Shown here: piece by piece, positions 54,301 through 64,000 of the stretch | Layout: every line of letters starts with the position of its first letter | How positions within the stretch are numbered: the first letter of the stretch is position 1 | Source of the DNA: Trichoplax adhaerens | Lineage: Eukaryota > Animalia > Placozoa | Length of the DNA stretch: 64,000 nucleotides | Assembly: GCF_000150275.1 (NCBI RefSeq) | Contig: NW_002060944.1 | Location: forward strand, 1,350,911-1,414,910 | Direction of reading: 5' to 3' | The notes under the pieces: generated by a model | Seen by the model: only the letters and a program-made list of their open reading frames with translations | Database searches by the model: none | Told to the model about the DNA's origin: nothing | Made by a program: the position numbers and the translations under genes

Positions 54301-57300
54301 AGGTACATCACCAGTATTTAAAATGGTGTTAATGTCTTCTAAGAACAAATCATCTTTAATTTGATTATCATTCAACATGAAAACGATAGGTTTGCCATCG
54401 AGACCGGCTTTAAGAAATATTTTCTTCAAATCTTCACGCCATTCAACCTGGCCGTAATGGCGTGTTATTTCAATGAGATAGATTTCATAATTAGCCATAA
54501 ACGTAGCCAACTTAGTTGCACTCTGGCGACCGCTACCACCAATCCCGATGAGGAGTGCATGGCCATTGGGTTGTTTTAAGATACGGCTTAAACGAGATAC
54601 GTGTTCAATAGCAAAACGGAACATTACTAATGACATCGGCGTTTTGCTAATTTGATTGTAATCGCTTACATATTGCTCCATGATTGATGTTAACTGTGAA
54701 AAATTGGTAATTTCATTGTAAGCTTTAACTTCATTGCCAGTTGACATATAATCACCGAAAAATAAACTTCTTAAATCATCGTCGGTAAGGATTGGATTTT
54801 GAACATCGGAAATAAGATGTTTAAATAGTTTATTAATACTAATCTTGAATTGTTGCTGAGTACAATCTTTGATCATATTGAAGAAATTTTGTCGATCTTG
54901 ATCGTCAATTAAGCGATCATAAAATACACGATAGACTTCATGAACCCATAAGCGTAGCATTTTATCATCATGATCATGTATTTGATCCGGCGGTAGTAGC
55001 ATAACACCGCGAATAACACGAGCAAAATCGCGCAGATTGAAGATATAATGCGATTTCGATGGTGTTGGCAAGAAATTCCTAATAGCAAGATTATAGATAT
55101 TTAATGTTGCCTGGACCATCATCTTTCCTAAGTGTATAAAGGATGAATCAAAATCATTGCGTTGAAAATGCCAATCTAGCATAGTACCAAAAATTTGCAG
55201 TAATGTCGAATTATCGAATGAATCGATTGTAAATATATTAAAATGGCGCAATAGTCGTTGGCTAATTGGATGGCGGCCGCCACCAGGAGGTCCCATAGCA
55301 CTAATGATGCAAGTGTCCGTTAATTCTAATCGAGTGGTATCTTTTTTATCATACCAATGGCCATGATCAATCCATTGGCGCAATAATTCAATTGGTGGTT
55401 GGGCTCCATATTTCTCTTTAGCTGGCATATTTAAATCATCCACAAATAAGATCGCTCTCCTACCCATAGGTGGACCATAAATTCCTTTACGACGTCGATC
55501 GAGTTTAGACATAATAACATCTTGTGTTTGCTGAGCCGTTGTACGTGCAGAGAAGTTGATAAAATTGGGTACATATTCTTCTTTTGGTAAATTAATTAAA
55601 TAATCAATCGTTAATGCTGATTTACCAGTGCCTGTTGGTCCTAAAATGAGTAATGGTATAGAACGCGATAAATAGAGTTTTAAGAAATAAACCTGTCTTG
55701 TAGTATCCAGTGTTGGTATGATCATATCATTAATTTTAGAACTCAATGGCGTATTTAATTCATTTTGTTGTATGCTATCACGCCAATGAGTCCAGGTGCT
55801 ATGTAATCCTTTATAATCGTAGTAGAAATCATAAATTGTTCCACGCTCTGGAAATACATGACTTTTAGGTATTTTAATATCTTTGGGCTTAGGATTTTCT
55901 TTATCTGTTCCACTAACTAAAGTGCGAAAGAATAAATTCAATTTAACCCTACTGTCGTTATTGATTGCGCTACCAATCGACCACGTTAATGCGAACAAAT
56001 AAGTACATTGCAACCAAGTATTGGTTTTGGATTCTAGTATGGCAATCTCTTCTTCGTTTTCATGATGGCGATAGTCCTGATATATAGACTGAATATCTTT
56101 CAACAAGCAAGTAAGTAAATTCAAAAATGAGGCTACTAAGTGCATATCTGATGTATCCACGAAGGATTTGCATTCTTGTTGGATGAAATTCAATGTCGGT
56201 GGTAATAGCCAACACATTAACTGCTCAATCATATCGATATTTTCTTGCTTCAATAAAGTAATAGTTTGTGGTAAGGTGACTAAATAAGATTTAATCAAAG
56301 ATTGCCAGCCTAATTGTTTGGATTCCATATAAATCATACCGCAACGGCTAACAGTTGCAGGCGATGCTTGCTCAAGATCTTTTGGTTCAAAAATTAAATT
56401 TTGCTTTGCGTTCATTTGAATAATTTCACCGCTCATAAGGCATAATTTTTTATTGTCGTCAAGAACAGTATTCATATTTTCAATCCATACTGCATCAACA
56501 GGGCCGTCAAATATGATCCACTTGCGTTCATTGCTTGTCGAGCTAGCTTGCTCACGGAAAGCATTTGCTAATATACCATCAGACCATTCGTGTGAAACAG
56601 GATCAAATGCTCCATATAATTGCCCCATGGTTACTGCTTTAGGATTAATGATACGATAGAGTACACGATGTTCTCCTAATAATTGACCTTGTTGGTCTAG
56701 ATCAAGTAAAGCATTCGCTAATACCTTATATGCGGTTGTTTTACCGCTTAATGGTTCGCCAACAATCATAAAACCATGGCGTACTAACATCATCTCATAA
56801 ATTTGGATAATTTTTTCGACAAACCAGTCGATTGATTGTAAATTTTTCAATCTTAGATCTCGCAGAATGGCTTCTTTTAATGGTCCATAATCATTATGAC
56901 TTAATTGTATGTTAGGGAACAGATCTGAGATAATGCCATTAAACAGCGGTATGTCTTGGGCTAAAAATTTAGGCAAATTGACATCTTTCAATGCTCGAAG
57001 TAAAATATGACTCTCATTTTCGTCGGGATATTGCAACTTAAGATTACCTGCGGCTGTTAAGACTGATTTAACAGCTCGCATACCGTAATCGTAATGATGT
57101 TGTGAAGATAATTGCTCGGAACATAACCGATAGGTAGCAACAATTTTAGCCGATAAATTGCGTGCATCGACAAAACCTAACGAATATAATACTATTTCAC
57201 CAATCATAGCATAATCAGGTACCATCATGGCTACAGTACGAAAGAGTACTTTAAGATTGTCAGGCAATTCTTGCCGACCAGCATAACCAGGATTCATAGT

Positions 57301-60300
57301 GATGAAGATTGTACAAGTAGGATCTAATGAGATTTCTGTTCCTTCAAATATAAACTTCTCGACACCACTTGCAATACCTTGTTGTATACTTAAGATTTGC
57401 TGTGCTACTACCGATAATACCTCTAATTCAATACGATTAAATTCATCGAAACATGCCCAAGCACCTGCCTGTGCTAAACCTTTAAAAAATTTCCCCATTG
57501 CTTTATAATCAAGCCCATCCGAGCAATTGAATACAACACACTGTTTTGCTACTGCTTTTGCTAAATCTTTGCATGTTTCAGTTTTACCTGTACCGGCTGG
57601 GCCCTCAGGTGCTCCACCAAGATTTAATTTAATCGCACCCATTAAAGTTCGATAACAACGATCTGTTAACGGTGTAATTACGAGACGTGAACTATTGCCA
57701 AGATATTCATAACCATAGCATATATTAGTGGTAATCATGCGAACTAATACTTGTGATTCTTCCCAGTAGTATCTTAATTGACTTATCCATTGAAAATCAT
57801 CGGTGTTATTCACTTGATGTTCGACTAATTGATGAACAACATCTCGGGCGTGAACATCAATAACAATCAGCGCTCCTAATGTAACCCGTGATCCAGGATC
57901 TAATTTTCCTCGGACTAGTTGAACAATATCATCAATCTGTTTATTACACTTTTGTAAATAATTCTCCAATCCATGCTGTTGAGATAAAGCGGCCATGACT
58001 TCTAGTGTCCAATAAACTGAACTAGCACAAATAACTACTTGGCCTGGCCAGTCTAAGACCCATTTTGGTCGTGGGTCTTGAGGATAAGAATCCATGGCTT
58101 GTTCAATTATCTTTTGTAAACTTCCCGTCATAGCTTGTTCCACTTGCAACAACCATTTCTCGACCATTCCACGAGCTCTAACAGGATAAACTTTATTGGT
58201 TAAAGTGACAATTTCATTTTCAGCGCTGATCATTCCAGTAATCTCCAAGTCATCATTAAATTCTAATCGATTAATACCCTCGAAGCATTTCTTTAAATGA
58301 GGCTGTACACGCAACGGATCTTTGGTTTCCGATAAAATTTCTAATAGTTCGTCATTAGATAAAAAGAAAAAACGAGGAAAGTAAAGTCGTTTCTTTTCAA
58401 GATAACTATTTAAGCCCTTCTGGATTTCTTCAAGCAATATATTGGAATCTTCTAAACGTTGCAGCATATTCATTTGCGATGTACACATGAGTACTAGTGG
58501 CTCTTTCACCGATTCCGTCATGATATCGCGCCAGTAGCTGTCAACGATGCCAAATTTACGACTCTCATCCGGCATTTGAGCCATAATATCTTCAGAACCG
58601 AATATTGGCTCCAGATATAGCCAAGTAGCTTGGCATTTAAGCCATGCATCTAAGATATCTTGTACACTTGTTAGTTGTTCTTCCCATATCTTAATCTCTT
58701 CTTCATATGGCTTAATATAAGGAGATCCACGTATAGTTTGCGTTTTGATAAGGTGATCATCTAGTAGAACTTGTATGTCGTCGATGGATGACAAGATAGA
58801 TATTCCTTTTTCACGATATTCAACGAATTCAAAAGCTATTTCTTCCCATTCACTCTTCATTTTCTTAATAGAAGTTTCCAATGCATACTCTTTTGTTGCT
58901 AAACCGCTAACTTCTTCCAGCCTGTAAAGTTATTAATTATAAATCATAACTGGTTCAAATATCTTATAGATCGCCAATTAAAACAACAAATGATCATTCA
59001 CTTTACTATATAAATTTATATAACTAATATCATTAAATGTGATTACCTCTCCATAAATTTATTTAAATCATAATCCAACAGGTGGCTAAAGGCGGTATCT
59101 TCGTCAGGTTTAATATCATATTCGACGATTTCGCTCATCTAACCAAAGACAAAAGAAAGAAATTTACAATTTTTCCTAAATACAGACCATGGATTCATTG
59201 TCTATGTTATAAAATACTTCTATACTCCATGTAGATTTTTTGGTGTATTTGGAAATAAATGAAGGTGAGGTTCCTATAGGTACAATAAATTACATACCGA
59301 TTCCCAATGACGATCTTTCAAACCTGGATTTCGTAATATTTGTAAGATGGGTAAATTTATTTTAAATTTCTCCAATTTCGATTTAACGGTTTCGACAACG
59401 CGTCGTGGCGAAGTCACATCCGAAAATGTTCTTGATAATCGGTGAATGGTATGCCACATGGTTTCAAAATCTTCAGTAATTTTATCAGCATCCAATTCAA
59501 GAAATGATCCTATATATCGTGAAAAAATTTTAATGCCTATTTAATCGACAGAGCAAGACTTATTTTATCATGATGAAGCTGATGGCAGATAGCAGCAATC
59601 AATCTGAAAGTAATTACTTACCGTTCATCCAAATTTCATGTTTAGTATAAAATTCCAATGCAGTTTTCCACAATTTATCATAAGGGTCTTTAGTTGCGAA
59701 CATAACACTTAGTTGGGGGAAAGCGGATGGTGGCCAATCTAATAGTTTTTCTTCACTGTTAATAGCTTCCAAATCTTCGGATGCAGCCAACAATTTCTCA
59801 TGAAGATCTTGCAACGTATCGACATTTTTCTTCATTTCTTCCATTGCCATTATCTCTTTTCGTCTAAATATTTCTATATCAGAGCTATACGTTATGATTT
59901 TTCCTTCCAGTAGTTTTACTCTTTTTCTTAGCTTTAATAATAATAGAATATGTTAGTCAATATTGGATTTTCATAGGCCTTACAACAACATAAATCAAAC
60001 TGTAAGGTCACGATTACGTTTCCATCGGTAGAATAGCGATTTTTATTATCTTAATTATATATTTTTTTTCATTTGTCTTAAGAATCTTTCTATGCCATAC
60101 CTCTTCTTCCGCAAGATCCCTGCGATTTTGCATTCTAGCACCCATTATATCAAAAGTGCGAGCGATTTGATGAGGCCAATTAAAAACTGTATTATTTAAT
60201 TTCATATCATCCGTTGACAATGTTGCGTAATCAAGGAGGAAGTCTAATCGATTTGAAGCCTTAGCAATATCGTCCTGCAATCGGTATACTTTTATCATAC

Positions 60301-61543
60301 TAGCTTCTTTAATGAACTCCATCAAACTAACTAACTCTTCGGTATTACGAGGAATCTCTTGAGATCGCTCAGAAATTTCTTCATAGCGACGACATAATGC
60401 CTTATTTAATTCACGATGATTTTCTACTACATGAGTCACCAATTTTCTAATCAGGAAATTGCAACGATCCATAAGATCTCTTTTCAATTCACTACAGTCA
60501 AGTCTCAACATATTCAGCGATACAACGGTTAACAGTGAGCCAATTTCGTTTCTGGTTGCTTTTAATTGGCCTATTTTCTACGAAATAAATTAAAATATTT
60601 TCAATCCAATTATATGAAATTTCATAGGTAGATCGTAATAATGCAGTATTGCAATGATGGAATCAATTCGATACCTCAGAGAAGTCATATAATTCATGAT
60701 CTTCCTTAAGAAACGTGATCGTCTCTGATTCCGCTTTACCACTTAATAAATGCAAGTATTGTTTATAGATATCGAGGTACCTGGAATGGTTTGAATAGCG
60801 TTTTCGTAAATTAATTATTTTAGAGTTAATCAGGAGGATAAATTTAAACACATAATAGTAATAATTTCAGACTTTTACCGTTTTGGGCCATTGGTATTAT
60901 TTTTATAGGTCTTAAGCGCGTCTTCAATAATATCGACAACCGTTGTCTCCGAAACCTTTACGGAGCTTAAAACCAGTTGATGTTCCTTCATGTTCGGAAA
61001 TACTTCGTGTTCGATCTGTAAATTTAAGCCATAACGCATAAAAATCTTGGTGAGGGATCAAAAAGGATCACTTTTAACTACAAGCTGAAAGTTAGTATAT
61101 TATGCTTTATGCAGGCTAATATCTATTAATCGCAGCAAGCAAATAAGGTTTTCGCATACCCTGGGTATATCTTCAGCACTCCTGATTATCTCTTTAAAAA
61201 TCCTAACAATGACCTCTCCAATATCAGAAAATGTAGGACTGATGATAATGGAAGGAGCTTTAGTCAGGGCCCTAACTGTTATCATCTAAATTTTAAAGAT
61301 AAATAAAGTCAACTTAAATCGAATACAGCCAGATTAACAAAATGATGCGAAAAAATATTCCTTTTCTAGGTATACCTGGCGTTGAGGAAAGTTTAATTCC
61401 TTATAAAATTTTTCAAAGTCATTGCCATTCTGCAGAGTAAGATTAGTCAATCAGTCTAGTACTAATTGCTTAAATTATATATTAAGGTAATAAAAAGTAG
61501 TAATTATTTACGATAAAAAATTTAAATCTTATGCCTACTACGG

Positions 61544-61575
<32 letters not shown>

Positions 61576-63936
61576 CCTTGTACAATTTAAAATATTCAAG
61601 TAAATCCCGCAAGGAATCCATCACTAAATTTCGAAGTTGGCGTGACATTAATGTTGCAACGCAAGAATACAAATGTTGGACTAATTCGGTTGATTCTACT
61701 TCGCTTGCGGGAATCAAATACGTCCATAATTGTTTGTTAGTTAAGAATTGCTTAGCACATTCTGGAACCCACCTAAAGGTAAATAAAAATTAGTTTTTAA
61801 ATTAGACTATACAGATATTAATAACATAGCATTTCATTAATCAATAATGGCAGCATACATAATTTTTTAAAATTGTCATTATTTACCTGTTGATTAACAT
61901 CTGCCTTGTCCTATTACATTGATTCCGAATTATTTCTTCCAATTCATCGGGTAACGGTGGAGATTTTAAGTCTTCATAATTGTAAGGACCAGACTGATCA
62001 TCCGGTAAGGATGTGATATTGATTAATTCCGCGACATTAACGAATCTGGTGTCCTTATAACTATGAGAAACAACAAATTCTATTATTTGCTATTATTTCG
62101 ATAGAGGTGCTGATATTACCTGAGGAGATCAAATAACCGTAATCTATGGAATTTGCTTATTCAAATTATATGCAATATCATTTAAACGTGGAGATATTGA
62201 ATAAATAGACATAAATTTGATTTCCTATGGTGAGGCTTTTTTCGTCAATTTATTATCCAACTGCAGATATTCAAATAAAGTTTACGCGCACGGATTTTTA
62301 ATTTTATTTATCCCTTGATTAATTATATTGTGTACATCAATCATACTGTTATTAAAATTAAAAACATGATATTATTGTATAGGGTCGAATTTAAAGGGTA
62401 AGTTAAATTAAGAATAGCATTGAAGAATGAAGCGTTATACAATTGTATGAAGGGGCTTCAAATCGATTTTTAAAAATGCATCGTTGTATAATTAATTACA
62501 TATATTCTTACCAGTCATTCCAAATATTTTCAATATTGATTAACAATGGATTAATGGTGAACAAATGGCTTTCAATGTACTCTTTAGCGGATATGTAATT
62601 TGAATGCCAGGGAACAGGTGCTCGTATGGTTCTATTTTGGATTTTATATAAAATTTAGTATAATATTATTACCTCCCTATCAAGTTAAATTAGCACTAAT
62701 TAAGTCATTAACATAAGTTAGGGTAAAGAACTTTGCACTGCTATACTATTGTTGTCCATGAATTAATCTAACATTAAATCATACTATACCTTGACGGAAA
62801 AGATTTTGGAGTCCAGTGTATTTGTAGTCGTTCCCTTTCTTCATTATCTTTCAATATATAATCGACTAAAAAGTAATATAATTTGTAGTCAGAATTATAT
62901 TTCTTAGCTGATACAATACCAAGCTACAATACAATAGTAACGCTATATGCTCATAGTCATGCTGGAGGCACTTATTTCTACCTACCAATGCATGTACGAA
63001 TGCTGAAGTAGTAATCGTTTAAAACTTCACTTTTAACACTATTGATAATATCTGGTGCCAACTTCTGTTGCATAAGTCTATCTGTAATTAAGTTTTCTAT
63101 ATATGTAAAATTGCTTTCTGGATATTTTGCAATGGCTCGCTGGTCGATCCCTCTATAGAGATAGTAATAGTAACGCTAAAATATGGAAAATAGGGTACAA
63201 ATTAGAGCCATATTTACGATATGCAAAATAAAAGAAAAGAAAAATTAAATAGTTTTTTTACCTCAGCATCTTTTTCAGAGGGTTCGGAACTATTTTGATA
63301 ATCTTCTGTTTGCCATCTAGTAGCTGTGATTTGCTCTTGAGGTGATAGTGGAGGGCTACTAGGTAATACCATCAGTCTTTAAAATATAATTTATCAGTGA
63401 ACAATATGGAGTATTAGTACAATCCATCGAAAAAGTAATTCTATGTGAAAATATGCTAACTCTGAATCCTTCTTCTTTTTATGTGAAAGCCCATTAGTTC
63501 GAGGGGATGAAGGAGGAATAGTTAATTTTAACGTTTGCTTATTGCGCGGTGAAGTGGATTCTAATATGAAATTTCCATTTGGTCAAGGTAAACAGTCGTA
63601 TAAGATAAATTGTACGTTTATGTTATTTACTATTTGACAGAAAGGAATTAGCGAAGTAAATATAGTAAAAGTTTGATTAGTAAAAATTAGCTGACGGATA
63701 GTTGATAAATAGAAATAGATCTTTCAATTTAGATACGATTTGTTCCACTACCATTTGAGGTAAAACGTTTTTTGGATAAATTTTGTATACGAAGATTCCG
63801 GGCGGTTGGCGTGTAATTATTACCAATACACTCTGTTGGGGTTCTATGGTACTTTTCTTCTTTAAATGGTGCTGCTTGAGTCCATGATCCGATATTTTTC
63901 ATCATCGGTGGATGCTCACCGTGTTTTTGTACAATC
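48308..63936 (-). CDS. DNAH3: Axonemal inner-arm dynein heavy chain, DNAH3-like; 5' end outside the window
   Basis: AAA P-loops [32 protein letters not shown]; stalk coiled coil; C-terminal [15 protein letters not shown] with stop at 48308. N-terminal [15 protein letters not shown] and IRAPVPWHS motifs favour DNAH3 over DNAH7/12. One exon spans 50581-58921. Apparent 1-nt indels at ~50925 and ~50581. Confidence 0.9.
61550..61575. repeat. (TA)n microsatellite at the 5' end of a dynein intron
   Basis: About 13 TA units directly at the minus-strand donor AAG|GTATATAT... Confidence 0.9.
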
Positions 63937-64000
63937 TAACGAAAAGTAATGTATAGCATGAAATAAGTAAATCAGTAAATAGTGACAGATTCTGTCGAAA

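Noticed and set aside
52605-57508. Antisense and alternate-frame ORFs within the dynein exon
   Set aside because: Shadow ORFs of a long coding strand with no independent features.

Overview
AT-rich animal genomic DNA with short GT-AG introns, most likely placozoan (Trichoplax-like). The taxon is inferred from composition, short introns, intronless GPCR arrays and an ACAGT-rich promoter; it is not proven. The window has two compartments. (1) Positions 1 to ~37 kb hold a tandem array of seven paralogous rhodopsin-class GPCR loci with single-exon coding regions: four intact, one frameshifted, one decayed and one truncated. The spacers carry solo LTRs of several families (TG...CA ends; 5-bp TSDs on the complete copies), a Gypsy-type retroelement remnant (protease, PPT, 3' LTR; possibly Gmr1-like domain order), an 83-bp MITE and a possible Helitron 3' end. 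(2) Positions ~37-64 kb hold conserved intron-rich genes: ECD/SGT1 (-) and CARHSP1/CSDC2-like (+), divergent across an ACAGT-rich internally duplicated spacer, and DNAH3-like axonemal dynein heavy chain (-, 5' end outside the window). Best leads: amino-acid-biased divergence between two young GPCR paralogs, all four D/N combinations at positions 2.50/7.49 in one array, a perfect palindrome that appears to have knocked out TM1 of a GPCR, and an 8.3-kb intron-free block in an otherwise intron-dense dynein gene.
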